Positions 1 through 10,854 of a DNA stretch of 64,000 nucleotides are shown here, piece after piece. A program made the position numbers and the translations under genes. A model generated the notes under the pieces. That model was not told where the DNA came from and did no database searches. It saw nothing but the letters and a program-made list of their open reading frames with translations. Source of the DNA: Spirochaetaceae bacterium (GTDB lineage Bacteria > Spirochaetota > Spirochaetia > DSM-2461). Within the stretch, counting starts at the first letter, position 1; each line of letters starts with the position of its first letter. The DNA is taken from contig OZ245056.1 in assembly GCA_965224705.1 (NCBI GenBank), positions 2,848,001-2,912,000 on the forward strand. Direction: 5' to 3'.

Positions 1-828
1 ACCGGCCGCCACTTTGCTCATCTTACCTGGATGTCCGGCCAGAATCAGACGGGAAAAACCCTTTGATGAAGCCGAATCCAGTGCCGTACCGGCATGGTCT
101 CCAAATTTGACAACTCTATCCTCACCCCAGCCCCTGTTGAGGCGGTACCAGTTTTCCCCCACGTAGCCGAAGGCCAATGCGGCGGTATCCTGTCCACTCT
201 GCCGAATAACCTCCAGGTTGAGAATAATGGAGGCCTTGAAGGAGGCCAGAGATCTGGGCTCGACCACCCCCGTTGTTCCAATAATGCTGATGCCGCCTTC
301 AATTCCAAGCCTGGGATTCCAGGTTTTTCCGGCTAATTCTTCTCCCTTCGGAACCGAAATCAGAACATGAAATCCTCGTTCCGGGGGGACAAGGGGAAGG
401 AGTTCCCTGACAATCTGTTTTCGGGGATTGGGATTGATGGCTGCCGAACCGGGCGAAACAGGCAATCCCTTTTTGGTAACACGGCCAACGCCCTTCCCCC
501 CATCGATATGTATTCCCGGTTCATCACTCACCCGGACCCTGGCTCTGATTTCTGCCCCATGGGTAACATCATCCTCCTCATCGTCACCGGCATCTTTTAC
601 AACTCCGCATTCCGCATAATCACTGTCCAATACTTGATTAACAATGGGAATGGTCAACTGCCGACCATCTTTTAAATGTATACTGACCTCTTCAATCTTC
701 TTCCCTGAGACAAGCATCTTGCTCGATGCAAGAGAGGCCGCCTGGGCACAGGTACCGGTCGTTATTCCCCTCTGCATGCCATCCTCTGTTCCAAGGACGG
801 TTCGATAGTCCACTGGCCGTGAACTCAT
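1..828 (-). CDS. cbiD: cobalt-precorrin-5B C1-methyltransferase (runs off the left edge)
   Basis: Not in the ORF track; translated by hand from ATG at 828, which overlaps the cbiC stop: MSSRP...RGITTGTCAQAA...VVKDAGDD.DVTHGA...GGKGVGRVTKKGL...NPRLGIEGGISIIGTTGVVEP...LAGHPGKMSKVAAG, typical CbiD motifs. Confidence 0.93.
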   Translation of the reverse strand, partial: MSSRPVDYRTVLGTEDGMQRGITTGTCAQAASLASSKMLVSGKKIEEVSIHLKDGRQLTIPIVNQVLDSDYAECGVVKDAGDDEEDDVTHGAEIRARVRVSDEPGIHIDGGKGVGRVTKKGLPVSPGSAAINPNPRKQIVRELLPLVPPERGFHVLISVPKGEELAGKTWNPRLGIEGGISIIGTTGVVEPRSLASFKASIILNLEVIRQSGQDTAALAFGYVGENWYRLNRGWGEDRVVKFGDHAGTALDSASSKGFSRLILAGHPGKMSKVAAG

Positions 829-1463
829 GAGAAGGCCAGATGAATAAGTCCGTTGACGATGGCGGCCGCCAGCGGACTCCCGCCGCGCCGATCCGGGTTT
901 GTAATGAAGGGGACATCTATGTCGAGTAATTCCTGTTTGGATTCCGCTGCTCCAACAAACCCAACCGGAACTCCAACGATGAGGGCAGGTTTTGCTCTAC
1001 CCTCCTCAATGAGATCAATGAGTTCAAACAGGGCGGTGGGGGCATTGCCTATGGCCACTATACCGTCCCTGTAAAATTCGCAGGCCCCTGCCAGAGCAAC
1101 GGCTGATTTCGTGCTTCCAGTGCGGTCAGCCTCATCGGCGATCCCCTCATTATAGAGGAAGCAGGCCAGGCTTCCCGTATACGCTTCAGGCAGTCGAGGC
1201 CGAATACCGGACTCCACCATGGTCACATCAGTGACAATGTTCCTGCCTGACCGCAAAGCCTGAATTCCAGCTTCCAGAGCTCCGGGATGAAACACAAACG
1301 ACTTGGCAAATTCCACATCAGTTGTTGCATGGGTAATGCGGGTACGAATCAGCATCTCCTCGTCCGAAGTTCTGTAGTCACCAAATTCCTCTTTGATTCG
1401 GGCGTAACTCCGTCGATAGATTTCGTCCGGAGCAAGGTATTGACGTATTTTCGGGGTTCTCAC
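825..1463 (-). CDS. cbiC: precorrin-8X methylmutase (CbiC/CobH)
   Basis: IY..SY..I, RITHAT.D, AIGNAPTAL, GVPVGFVGAAESK, RGGSPLAAAIVNG motifs. Confidence 0.95.
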   Translation of the reverse strand: MRTPKIRQYLAPDEIYRRSYARIKEEFGDYRTSDEEMLIRTRITHATTDVEFAKSFVFHPGALEAGIQALRSGRNIVTDVTMVESGIRPRLPEAYTGSLACFLYNEGIADEADRTGSTKSAVALAGACEFYRDGIVAIGNAPTALFELIDLIEEGRAKPALIVGVPVGFVGAAESKQELLDIDVPFITNPDRRGGSPLAAAIVNGLIHLAFS

Positions 1464-2860
1464 ACTCTATCCTCCTCCCATTTCAAGGCTGCAGCAACAA
1501 AGTTCTTCACTGCCTGGGGATTGGATGCAAAATGAACATGCATCCAGCTACCCACAACATTTTTAATACTTATTCCGCCCTCGATGCCATGAAACAGGGG
1601 CCGGGAATCCTCCGGCAGATCTATCATCTTTGACCAGTGAAAAATATGACCATTCAATTCAATTCCGGCCGGTCCGAAAATTGTATCACAGGCAAGATTG
1701 ACCTGACAGTAGCCAAGAGATGCCAGTTTGCTGCCCATTACAGCGGTTCCCGGCAGAACACCTGCCATCGGATAACGTTTTTTTTCGGCATTCACAATGG
1801 CCTCTGAGAGATACATGTATCCGCCGCATTCACCGAACATGGGCATGGATGCCCGGGCGGATTCTCGGATGTCCTCCAGAAGAAATTGGTTTTCAGAAAG
1901 GGTTTTGCCGTGCAGCTCAGGATATCCTCCGCCAAACCAGATTCCCGCCGTATTCTCCGGCAGTTTCTGATCGGACAGGGGACTGAACTCCACTAATCGA
2001 GCACCTGCTGCTTCCAGAAAATCCAGATTATCCTTGTAATAGAAACAAAATGCGGCATCCCGCGCCACGGCTATAACTGGTCTTTCGGTGTGGACAACGG
2101 CTTCCAGGCGGGTGAAGAGTCCTTCTGATTCTTCCTCCGGCAGGGGATGAGTTTCTTCAGCAAGAGAGAGCAGTTTATCCAGATTGATGCTTCTGCCGAC
2201 CTGTACTCCGATGCGGTCAATGGTTTTTGCCGCACCCTCATCTTCCCAGACAGGCACCAGACCCAGATGGCGATCAGGGAGGGATATGTCATCGCTCCGG
2301 AAAACACATCCTGCTACCGGACGGTTTGTCGCATCTTCTATGGCCGGGATGAGAAGGGATGCATGACGCTCCGAACCAACCCGATTGAGAAGGAATCCAG
2401 ATATATGAACATTGGGGTCAAAGTCAACAAAACCCCTGGCCAGGGCGGCCGCACTCCGTGCCATGGCCCGGGCATCAATAACCAGAAGCACAGGGAGTCC
2501 AAGGACTCTGGAAAGATGAGCCGCACTCCCCCTCTCATCATTGATTCCCGCCCCATCAAAGAGTCCCATGACTCCTTCAACGATGCCGATGTCGGCCTTC
2601 CGCATCTGACGTTTGTAGAGTTCCAGAACAATGCTGTCATTCATCATACGGGTATCCAGATTCCGGCAGGTTTGTCCTGCCGCCATGGTATGGAATCCAG
2701 GATCAATGTAGTCCGGACCGCTCTTGAAGGGCTGAACTCTGCATCCCCTGGAGCGTAATGCAGAAATAATCCCCATAGTCAGAGTGGTTTTCCCACAGCC
2801 TGAATGAGTTCCCGCTATGATGAGACCTTTGTGCGTCATACGAATGGAGTCAGATAACAA
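1460..2860 (-). CDS. cbiA: cobyrinate a,c-diamide synthase (CbiA/CobB)
   Basis: SGCGKTT P-loop, FKSGPDYIDP, EGVMGLFDG, GATase GGGYPE/ECGGYMYL; true start may be the Met a few codons in. Confidence 0.95.
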   Translation of the reverse strand: MLSDSIRMTHKGLIIAGTHSGCGKTTLTMGIISALRSRGCRVQPFKSGPDYIDPGFHTMAAGQTCRNLDTRMMNDSIVLELYKRQMRKADIGIVEGVMGLFDGAGINDERGSAAHLSRVLGLPVLLVIDARAMARSAAALARGFVDFDPNVHISGFLLNRVGSERHASLLIPAIEDATNRPVAGCVFRSDDISLPDRHLGLVPVWEDEGAAKTIDRIGVQVGRSINLDKLLSLAEETHPLPEEESEGLFTRLEAVVHTERPVIAVARDAAFCFYYKDNLDFLEAAGARLVEFSPLSDQKLPENTAGIWFGGGYPELHGKTLSENQFLLEDIRESARASMPMFGECGGYMYLSEAIVNAEKKRYPMAGVLPGTAVMGSKLASLGYCQVNLACDTIFGPAGIELNGHIFHWSKMIDLPEDSRPLFHGIEGGISIKNVVGSWMHVHFASNPQAVKNFVAAALKWEEDRV

Positions 2861-3263
2861 AATCAGGCTGTGATTCTGAAATCTTTATTTCCTCAGCGAC
2901 TTCATCCATGCTTATATCCAATTGATCCCGCACAGAGTTTTCAACCCTGTCCCAGATACTCTGAAACCTCATATCCCCCCGGTTTTCAGGAGATATCTCC
3001 ACAGGACCTTCAAGAAGTTCCATCACTTCCAGAAGACGTATTTCCTGAGGATGACGGGCAAGGAGGTAGCCCCCCTGAACCCCTCTCATACTCCTGACTA
3101 TTCCTCCCCTCTTTAAGACGATGAGAATCTGTTCCAGATAGTGCTGGGGAATTTTCTGGTTTTCGGCAATATCTCGAATCTGGACGACACCATCATTGTG
3201 CCGCAGAACCAGTTCCAGAACGGCGGAAATACCATAGACTCCTTTTGCACTTATATTGAACAC
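2850..3263 (-). CDS. Rrf2-family transcriptional regulator (no Cys ligands; CymR-like)
   Basis: IAENQKIPQHYLEQIL..LKR.GIVRS.RG.QGGY.LAR.P..I. Confidence 0.9.
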   Translation of the reverse strand: MFNISAKGVYGISAVLELVLRHNDGVVQIRDIAENQKIPQHYLEQILIVLKRGGIVRSMRGVQGGYLLARHPQEIRLLEVMELLEGPVEISPENRGDMRFQSIWDRVENSVRDQLDISMDEVAEEIKISESQPDFVI

Positions 3264-3300
3264 TTGCCGTCCTGCTCCCTGAGGTCAGAATACTGAAAGA

Positions 3301-4005
3301 TCATCGCTGACGGCCGAAGAGCCGGAGAAGAAAAAGGAACATGTTGATGAAGTCAAGATACAGCTTCAATGCTCCCAGAATTGAAAGGCGGATGAAATCA
3401 TCTTCACCAACAGAAGCACTGACCTGATGACTCATCTTCTTGATCATCTGGGTATCATACGCTGTGAGCAGGGTGAAAAGAATCACACCCACCCCGGAAT
3501 ACAGAAGATGATAGGCTCTCCCTCCAATGAAAATTCCAACCAGACCGGCGATAATGAGGCCGATTAACCCCATGAATAAATAATGCCCCCAACCGGATAG
3601 ATCCCGTTTTGTGGTAACAGCCCAGAGGCTCATGGCGCCGAACATGGCGGCAGAGCTTACAAAGGCCTGAAAAACAGCCGTACCTGTGTAGGCCAGCAGT
3701 ATGACGGATATGGTCAGGCCATTGAGCATTGAATATGCAATAAAACTTCCAACAGCCGCCATGACGGACATATTCATGATCCGGCTGGAGATTGACAGCA
3801 CGAGGATGAACTCACCGATTATGAGTCCATAGAACAGAAATGGTCCCCGGCCGAATAACAACTCCAGAACAGCAGGGCTTGAAGCCGTCCACCAGGCAAC
3901 AGCAGCCGTCAATGACAGTCCGGCAGTCATCCAGAGATAGACATTCTTCAGCAGGGTACGAGTTGCTGTCTGAGAATTGGTGACAGAGTATTGGGAAACA
4001 GACAT
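3301..4005 (-). CDS. Bax inhibitor-1/YccA family membrane protein
   Basis: VYLWMTAGL, RDLSGWG, TAYDTQ.IK, GALKLYLDFINMF; start moved to ATG 4005 behind an AAGGAG RBS. Confidence 0.92.
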   Translation of the reverse strand: MSVSQYSVTNSQTATRTLLKNVYLWMTAGLSLTAAVAWWTASSPAVLELLFGRGPFLFYGLIIGEFILVLSISSRIMNMSVMAAVGSFIAYSMLNGLTISVILLAYTGTAVFQAFVSSAAMFGAMSLWAVTTKRDLSGWGHYLFMGLIGLIIAGLVGIFIGGRAYHLLYSGVGVILFTLLTAYDTQMIKKMSHQVSASVGEDDFIRLSILGALKLYLDFINMFLFLLRLFGRQR

Positions 4006-4158
4006 GGTTTTCTCCTTAGATATTGAGATTCTTCTGTGTTTACTATACTCAATTTCAGGATTATCGACACCATTCAGATTGATTAATAACAATTCTGTAA
4101 TTGACTCAAAGGTCATTTTCATGGTAACAACGTCCATTGCTCAATTAAGGAGAGAATT

Positions 4159-5142
4159 ATGAAGAAGACAATTATTATGCTGACAGCCTGCCTCATCCTG
4201 CTCCCTCTGCATACGTTCGCAAAAGGAACTCAGGAGGAAGCCGGGATGGATGAACCTCTGCGTATTGGAATTACCAAAATTGTCGCTCATCCGGCCCTGG
4301 ATGCGCTGGAGAATGGCTTGATGAAAGTTGTAGGCGAGTCCTACCCCACAGTGGAATTTGATAATCAGAATGCAAACGGCGATATGGCGACGGCCTCAAC
4401 CATTGCCCAGAAATTCAAGACCGACAGAGTGGATCTGGCCGTTGGTATTGCAACACCGACAGCTGTATCTCTGGCCAATGTTCTTGATGAGGTTCCTGTC
4501 GTATTCTGTGCTGTCACAGATCCGGTGGATGCCGGTTTGGTCCCGTCTCTGGAAAGAAGTGAAGGAAACATCACCGGGATATCGGATATGACCCCTGTAA
4601 AAGATCAGATCAAGCTTCTGGCCAGTATGATGGAAATCAAGGCATTGGGACATGTGTATTCATCCGGAGAAGCAAATGCGGTCAGGCTGGCAGAGCTTAC
4701 CGAAGAAGCATGTGCTGAACTTGGAATCGAATTCGTACCGACAACCATTACAAGTTCGGCGGAAGTCAGGCAGGCCGCCCAATCCATTGTTTCCCGCATT
4801 GATGCCTTCTATGTCAGTACAGACAATACGGTTGTATCCGCTCTGACGGCACTTTCCAGCGTGGCAGCCCAGAATGGAATTCCAGTCCTCAGTGCCGATC
4901 CCAGCAGTGCCGATGAAAACGGGGTGTTTCTGGCATGGGGATTCGACTACTACAAAATGGGAGAGGCAACGGGTCAATTGATTATAGAAATTCTTGAAGG
5001 AGCGGATCCAGCTTCAATACCAACAAGATTCATGACCTCTGTTGACGACATTGAATTATTCATCAACCTGCAGATTGCCGATGAACTGGGCATTGAAGTT
5101 CCAGAAGACTTGATTTCCAAGGCGGCGACGGTTATTCGTTAG
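4159..5142 (+). CDS. ABC transporter substrate-binding protein (ABC_sub_bind, Trp/Tyr-type)
   Basis: Signal peptide; IVAHPALDA, NANGD, IATPTA, PVVFCAVTDPVDAGLV, TDNTV. Confidence 0.88.
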   Translation: MKKTIIMLTACLILLPLHTFAKGTQEEAGMDEPLRIGITKIVAHPALDALENGLMKVVGESYPTVEFDNQNANGDMATASTIAQKFKTDRVDLAVGIATPTAVSLANVLDEVPVVFCAVTDPVDAGLVPSLERSEGNITGISDMTPVKDQIKLLASMMEIKALGHVYSSGEANAVRLAELTEEACAELGIEFVPTTITSSAEVRQAAQSIVSRIDAFYVSTDNTVVSALTALSSVAAQNGIPVLSADPSSADENGVFLAWGFDYYKMGEATGQLIIEILEGADPASIPTRFMTSVDDIELFINLQIADELGIEVPEDLISKAATVIR

Positions 5143-6044
5143 TGTTGGAGGGAATTTTCGTTGAGGGTCTGGTGTACGGCATCATGGCCCTTGGCGTATT
5201 CATAACTTTTCGCGTGCTGGATTTCCCCGATCTCACTGTGGATGGATCCTTTCCCCTGGGTGCCGCTGTGATGGCCGCATCCCTGGTGGCAGGAATTCCC
5301 ATATGGGTGGGAATACTTGCCTCTGTTCTGGCCGGAGCGGCGGCCGGCACCATAACCGCCCTCATTCATAACGAACTGAAGGTTCCTTCCCTCCTGGCAG
5401 GCATACTGACCATGACCATGCTATATTCAATCAATATCAGAGTTCTGGGAAACAAGGCCAATGTTTCCCTGCTCAAACAGCGTCATCTCATCGGGCAAAT
5501 TGTGGATCTGACTGAGAATTTCATGTCGTCGGGGATGGCCCAGTTACTTCTCTTCGGTTTTATCGCCGCCCTTGTCATTATGGCACTTCATATTTTCTTC
5601 CACACGGATCTGGGACTCACCCTCGGTGCCATGGGCGGCAACGAGCAGATGGTGATTGCCCTTGGCTCCAACCCCAGGATATTGAAGATTATAGGGGTGG
5701 GTCTGGGCAACAGCATGGTTGCCCTATCAGGTGCTCTGGTGGCTCAATACCAGGGATTCGCCGATGCATCCCTGGGAGTTGGTATGGTTGTGAGCGGACT
5801 GGCCATGGTGATGATTGGTGAATTTCTTATAAGGAGTTCCAGAATCCACTGGCTGCTTATACGTGTTATTGCCGGAGCCATAATGTACAAGGGCATCATG
5901 TATGGAGGACGCTACTATGGATACCTGGTACGTCTGACTCCCAATGATCTGAAACTCATCACAGGACTGCTGATAATCCTGTCGCTGGTTTTAACCAGAA
6001 CCAACATAATGAACGGTTTCAAGAAGAAGAAAAACAATGATTAG
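5142..6044 (+). CDS. ABC transporter permease
   Basis: FRVLDFPDLTVDGSFPLG, LLAGIL, QYQGFAD; multiple TM segments. Confidence 0.9.
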   Translation: MLEGIFVEGLVYGIMALGVFITFRVLDFPDLTVDGSFPLGAAVMAASLVAGIPIWVGILASVLAGAAAGTITALIHNELKVPSLLAGILTMTMLYSINIRVLGNKANVSLLKQRHLIGQIVDLTENFMSSGMAQLLLFGFIAALVIMALHIFFHTDLGLTLGAMGGNEQMVIALGSNPRILKIIGVGLGNSMVALSGALVAQYQGFADASLGVGMVVSGLAMVMIGEFLIRSSRIHWLLIRVIAGAIMYKGIMYGGRYYGYLVRLTPNDLKLITGLLIILSLVLTRTNIMNGFKKKKNND

Positions 6045-6828
6045 CCTGGAAGAAGTTTCCCTTGTTTTCGGAGAAGGCACTCCCAATAGGATTCAGGCAT
6101 TGAAATCCATTGATCTCAAAATGACCGAGGGGGATTTCCTCACCATCATCGGATCCAATGGGGCCGGGAAAAGCAGTCTGTTCAATGCCATTTCCGGCCT
6201 CTACCCTCCTGCACATGGTGTAATCAGGCGCAATAAGACAATTATTAACCGCTGGCCGGAGTACAGAAGGGCCAGATTCATTGGCCGGGTTTTTCAGGAT
6301 CCCTTCATGGGAACAGCCGGGAACATGAGTGTCCAGGACAATCTCACCATTGCCGGTTACAAAGGGATGAAGAGATTAAGAATAAGTCTTAACAGGAAGA
6401 AGAAAATGGAACTCCGGGACATGCTGGCCCAGTTGGAAATGGATCTTGAAAACAGAATGGAAGACAATGTAGGCCAGCTCTCCGGAGGTCAGCGTCAGGC
6501 CCTCACCATGTTTATGATGGTTCTCTCGTCACCGGAACTCATTCTGCTTGATGAGCATACGGCCGCACTGGATCCCAGAAATGCCGCCCGAGTACTGGAA
6601 TTGACCAGACGATTCTATGCGGATTACAATCTTACCGTGATGATGGTAACCCATGACATGCAGCTTGCTCTTTCCCTTGGAAACCGGTTAATCATGATGG
6701 ACGGCGGAGAAATCATCTTCAGTGCTGAAAATGAAAACAAGGCAGGCCTCACGGTGGGTGATCTGGTACAGCGTTTTCATGATATCCGCGGCGAGGATCT
6801 TGCCGATGATGAGACACTTCTCAACTGA
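6037..6828 (+). CDS. ABC transporter ATP-binding protein
   Basis: GSNGAGKS, LSGGQRQ, LLDEHTAALDP. Confidence 0.93.
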   Translation: MISLEEVSLVFGEGTPNRIQALKSIDLKMTEGDFLTIIGSNGAGKSSLFNAISGLYPPAHGVIRRNKTIINRWPEYRRARFIGRVFQDPFMGTAGNMSVQDNLTIAGYKGMKRLRISLNRKKKMELRDMLAQLEMDLENRMEDNVGQLSGGQRQALTMFMMVLSSPELILLDEHTAALDPRNAARVLELTRRFYADYNLTVMMVTHDMQLALSLGNRLIMMDGGEIIFSAENENKAGLTVGDLVQRFHDIRGEDLADDETLLN

Positions 6829-6840
6829 CTGGATCGGCCT

Positions 6841-7302
6841 GTGAAACTCATCATTGCAAACGACCATGCGGCTGTCGAACTCAAGCAGGTACTCAAAACC
6901 TGGCTGGCTCAACAGGGTCATGAAGTTGTGGATATTGGTGCGAAATCGGGTGAAAAAGCGGACTACCCTGGCAAAGGAGAAGAAGCTGCCCGGCTTTTCA
7001 TGAGGGGCGGCTTTGACTGCGGCATAGTGTGTTGTGGAACTGGAATAGGCATTTCCATTGCCGCCAACAAAGTCAGGGGTATCCGCTGTGCCCTTCCCCA
7101 GAATATCTTTGCCTCCGCTATGGCGAAGGAGCATAATAACTGTCAATTCATCGCCTTTGGATCCCGTATAGATTACAAGGATTCGGTCACAGACATGCTC
7201 CAGGCCTTCCTCAATGCGGAACACGAGGAAGACTCAAGGCATGCTCGCCGGGTTGCAGAAATTATGAAGATTGAAGAGAAGGACGGGTATCCACTTCAAT
7301 AA
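6841..7302 (+). CDS. rpiB: ribose-5-phosphate isomerase B
   Basis: [36 protein letters not shown]. Confidence 0.9.
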   Translation: MKLIIANDHAAVELKQVLKTWLAQQGHEVVDIGAKSGEKADYPGKGEEAARLFMRGGFDCGIVCCGTGIGISIAANKVRGIRCALPQNIFASAMAKEHNNCQFIAFGSRIDYKDSVTDMLQAFLNAEHEEDSRHARRVAEIMKIEEKDGYPLQ

Positions 7303-7996
7303 TGGCATCCAGGGCAAGTTCCATCATCTGGGTGAAAGTTTTTTCCCTTTCCTCTGATGAAGTCTCCTCCCGGGATATGAGACTGTCGCTGACGGTGAGG
7401 AGACAGAGGGCCTTCACTCCATATCGTGCGGCAGCCGTATAGAGGGCAGCCGCTTCCATTTCCACAGCCAGAGCTCCATATCGTGCCCAGAGTTTCCACG
7501 CCTCAGGATCTTCATTGTAAAATGTATCGGAGGAAAAGACATTCCCCACCTTGAGATCAATCCCAAGTTTACCAGCCGTATGAGCTGTTTGGGCGGCAAG
7601 AGTCCAATCAGCAGCGGGAGCAAAGGTCATTCCATTGAATCGTTCTGTCAGCATGGCAGAATTGGTGGATGCACTCAGGGCCATCACAATATCCCGTATT
7701 TTGATGGATTTCTGGAGGGCCCCGCAGGATCCCACACGGATCAGACTTTTTACCCCGTAAAAATTGATGAGTTCATGGACATAAATCATGTGAGAGGGCA
7801 TGCCCATGCCTGTTCCCTGCACAGAGACTCGGCATCCCCTGTACTGGCCCGTGTATCCGTACATGCCCCGGACTTCATTGTATCTCTGGGGGTTTTCAAG
7901 ATAGTTCTCGGCAATGAATTTTGCCCTCATGGGGTCGCCGGGCAGCAATACCCTCTCGGCAATGGCACCCTCCGGTGCTCCTATGTGTACACTCAT
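7262..7996 (-). CDS. deoD: purine-nucleoside phosphorylase
   Basis: [38 protein letters not shown]. Confidence 0.95.
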   Translation of the reverse strand: MSVHIGAPEGAIAERVLLPGDPMRAKFIAENYLENPQRYNEVRGMYGYTGQYRGCRVSVQGTGMGMPSHMIYVHELINFYGVKSLIRVGSCGALQKSIKIRDIVMALSASTNSAMLTERFNGMTFAPAADWTLAAQTAHTAGKLGIDLKVGNVFSSDTFYNEDPEAWKLWARYGALAVEMEAAALYTAAARYGVKALCLLTVSDSLISREETSSEEREKTFTQMMELALDAIIEVDTRPSLQSS

Positions 7997-8074
7997 GTAT
8001 TCCTCCTGTCATTTCATTGTCGGTATTGTAGAGCATCAGGGAATTATTGTCATGGTTCGCTATCCAGGAACGAA

Positions 8075-9625
8075 TTACTCCCACTCAATAGTGGCTGGGG
8101 GCTTGGAAGATACATCATAGACCACGCGGCCTATGCTCTTTATCTTATTTGTAATCCCGGCTGAGATCTCCAGAAGATCCCGGGTGGGGAAATCATAGAC
8201 ATCGGCCGTCATTCCATCCCGGCTGACTACGGCCCGGAGGGCCAGAACATAGCCATAATCCCGGGCATCACCGGTTACACCAACAGAACGGACCGGCAGT
8301 AATACCGAAAAAGCCTGCCAGATCTGTTCATACAGGCCCCGGGTTTTGAGCTCGCCTATAAAAATATCATCGGCTTCCCTGAGGATTTCCAGCTTCTCTT
8401 CGGTAATATCTGAAATTATCCGTATCGCCAGACCGGGCCCGGGGAAGGGATGTCTATGCACAATATCCCGGGAAACTCCCAGAATTTCCCCCAGATTTCG
8501 TACTTCATCCTTGTAGAGCTGATCCAGTGGTTCCAGCAATTCACCAGCTGCCCGTTTCGCCTGTACCTGAGGGGTTCCAACATTGTGATGGCTTTTGATA
8601 ACCTGGGCCGTTTTACCCACACCCTGACCGGATTCAATGAGATCGGTGTACAAAGTTCCCTGGACGAGAAGATAGCCGCTCGACAGATGCCTCGATATTT
8701 CCTCCTGCTGAATCTGAATAAAGGTGTCGCCGATGATTTTCCGCTTCATCTCGGGATCCGTTATCCCGGCCAGCGGCCTCAGGAAACGATCCCGGGCATT
8801 GATGAGAAGGAGATTTTCGGCTCCGGATTTTCTAAGATCAGCGGCTACCTGGTCCGATTCCCCCTTCCTCATCATGCCGGTATCAATGTACATCAGCCAG
8901 ACTTTTTCCTGCGGCAGAGCTTTCAGCAGCAGTGAAGCCGCTACGGTTGAATCGACACCGCCTGAGATCAGTAAAAGGACATCCCTGTTCGCCGTTTTAA
9001 ACCGAATTTCTTCGATTTTAGTTTCAAGGTAGGTTTCAAGAGACCATTCCTTCTTCCCGCCGCATATACCCGCAGCAAAGTTTTCCAGTATTCGGGTTCC
9101 ATATTCACAATGACTGGCTTCAGGATGGAATTGAACCCCCCAGAGTCCCCTTTCAATATGACCCGCAGCAGCCACAACGCTGTTCTCACTTTCGGCGATG
9201 GAACGGTATCCGCTGCCCAGACAGGTTACGCTGTCACCATGGCTCATCCACGACTGGAAACTCCCGGGCACGCCCGTAAAAAGGGGATTCGTTCCATCAT
9301 GCGTTACACTGGCCCTGCCGTATTCCCGGTGCGGCAGGTTCATCACCTTTCCCCCTGCCATGAGGGTCATCTGGTGAAAGCCGTAACAAATACCAAGAAC
9401 GGGCAGGCCGCAGTCAAAAACAGCCTTATCCGGTTTAAGTGAGCCTTCTTCCCAGGATGAATGGGGAGAGCCTGAGAGAATGATGCCTCTGACATCCCTG
9501 TGTACAACGTCGGAAAGACGACTGCTGCCCGGAGCAATCTCCGAGTAGATCCCAATTTCCCGAATACGGCGGCCAATAAGCTGTGTTGTCTGACCTCCGA
9601 AATCCAGGATCAGAATGCTGTCCAC
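8075..9625 (-). CDS. guaA: GMP synthase (glutamine-hydrolysing)
   Basis: LDFGGQ, LGICYG, QFHPE, SGGVDS, KSHHNVG, RHPFPGPGLAIR, KPPATIEWE. Confidence 0.97.
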   Translation of the reverse strand: MDSILILDFGGQTTQLIGRRIREIGIYSEIAPGSSRLSDVVHRDVRGIILSGSPHSSWEEGSLKPDKAVFDCGLPVLGICYGFHQMTLMAGGKVMNLPHREYGRASVTHDGTNPLFTGVPGSFQSWMSHGDSVTCLGSGYRSIAESENSVVAAAGHIERGLWGVQFHPEASHCEYGTRILENFAAGICGGKKEWSLETYLETKIEEIRFKTANRDVLLLISGGVDSTVAASLLLKALPQEKVWLMYIDTGMMRKGESDQVAADLRKSGAENLLLINARDRFLRPLAGITDPEMKRKIIGDTFIQIQQEEISRHLSSGYLLVQGTLYTDLIESGQGVGKTAQVIKSHHNVGTPQVQAKRAAGELLEPLDQLYKDEVRNLGEILGVSRDIVHRHPFPGPGLAIRIISDITEEKLEILREADDIFIGELKTRGLYEQIWQAFSVLLPVRSVGVTGDARDYGYVLALRAVVSRDGMTADVYDFPTRDLLEISAGITNKIKSIGRVVYDVSSKPPATIEWE

Positions 9626-10839
9626 GCATTCTTCCTCATGAAAGTCTCGTCTCTCAATCGACCCACAGAGAAGCCAGTAACGGGAATGCCGGTGTATTGC
9701 TCAATAAATTCAACAACGCGGCGGGCCCCGTCAGGCATGTCATCCCAGCAGCGGGCTGCTGTAACAGAACCATCCCAGCCCGGAAAGGTTTGAAGGATCG
9801 GTTTTACCCTTTCAAGTTCTGACGCATTGGATGGGAAGTATTTGATTTCTTCTCCGTCCAGTTCATAGGCCGTACACAAACTGACAGTTTTGAATCCATC
9901 AAAGAGATTCAGGTGGGAGAGAAGGAAACCATCCAGGCTGTTCACCCAGCCGGAATAGCGGAGAGCAACAAGATCAAGGTATCCAATTCTTCGTGGTCGG
10001 CCTGTGGTAACGCCGTATTCATGGCCCAGTTCCCTCAGTTTGCTGCCAAGTTTCAGATCGTCACCGCTCCGCATTTCTGTTGGAAAGGGACCATTCCCCA
10101 CTCTTGTTTGATAGGCTTTTAATACACCCAGACATTGATTTATACGCCGGGGACCCAATGCTGCTCCGATAGCGGCTCCGCCGCTGGTGGATGTTGCCGA
10201 GGACACATAGGGATAGGTTCCATGATCCAGATCCAGCAAAGTTCCCTGGGCCCCTTCAAAAAGGATCTTCTTTCCATCAACAGACATCATATAGTCGGCC
10301 AGATTCACCTTCATGGGCTCCAGTTTTTTCTTGTAGGGTTCAAGCCAGTCCCTGTCCAATTGACCAAGAAATTTCCAGATCACAGGATCCCAGAGATCGG
10401 TCACACGAAGTCCATCCCGGGAAGCTTTTTTCCCATAGGCAACACCGATACCCCGGCCTGTCGTTCCTATGGGCCTGGGTCGTTTTTCATCGATACTCCT
10501 GTCTTCACTTTTGTAACTCGGCAGAACAAGATGAGCCCGGTCTGAAACAACAACCCGTCCCTCCCATGAGATTCCCTGGGCCGATAGATCCGCAAGCTCT
10601 TCAAACATGGAAACGGGATCAATAACCATTCCATTCCCCAGTACAACAGTTTTACCGGAGGAAATAATTCCGGCAGGAATGAGGTGAAGGGCAAAGGTTT
10701 TATTATCAACTTTTACAGTATGCCCTGCATTGGCTCCTCCTGAAAAACGAACAACGATGTCCGCATCCTCAGACAGGTAATCCACCATTTTACCTTTTCC
10801 CTCATCACCCCACTGGGCACCAATAACGACGAGATTCAT
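9610..10839 (-). CDS. purA: adenylosuccinate synthetase
   Basis: QWGDEGKGK, GGANAGHT, IGTTGRGIG, EGAQG, EYGVTTGRPRR. Confidence 0.97.
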   Translation of the reverse strand: MNLVVIGAQWGDEGKGKMVDYLSEDADIVVRFSGGANAGHTVKVDNKTFALHLIPAGIISSGKTVVLGNGMVIDPVSMFEELADLSAQGISWEGRVVVSDRAHLVLPSYKSEDRSIDEKRPRPIGTTGRGIGVAYGKKASRDGLRVTDLWDPVIWKFLGQLDRDWLEPYKKKLEPMKVNLADYMMSVDGKKILFEGAQGTLLDLDHGTYPYVSSATSTSGGAAIGAALGPRRINQCLGVLKAYQTRVGNGPFPTEMRSGDDLKLGSKLRELGHEYGVTTGRPRRIGYLDLVALRYSGWVNSLDGFLLSHLNLFDGFKTVSLCTAYELDGEEIKYFPSNASELERVKPILQTFPGWDGSVTAARCWDDMPDGARRVVEFIEQYTGIPVTGFSVGRLRDETFMRKNAWTAF

Positions 10840-10854
10840 GTGATTTCCTCCTTT

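Noticed and set aside
45..916. Short ORFs listed at the left edge
   Set aside because: All overlap the cbiD frame (1-828, minus strand), which the track missed because it has no stop in the window.
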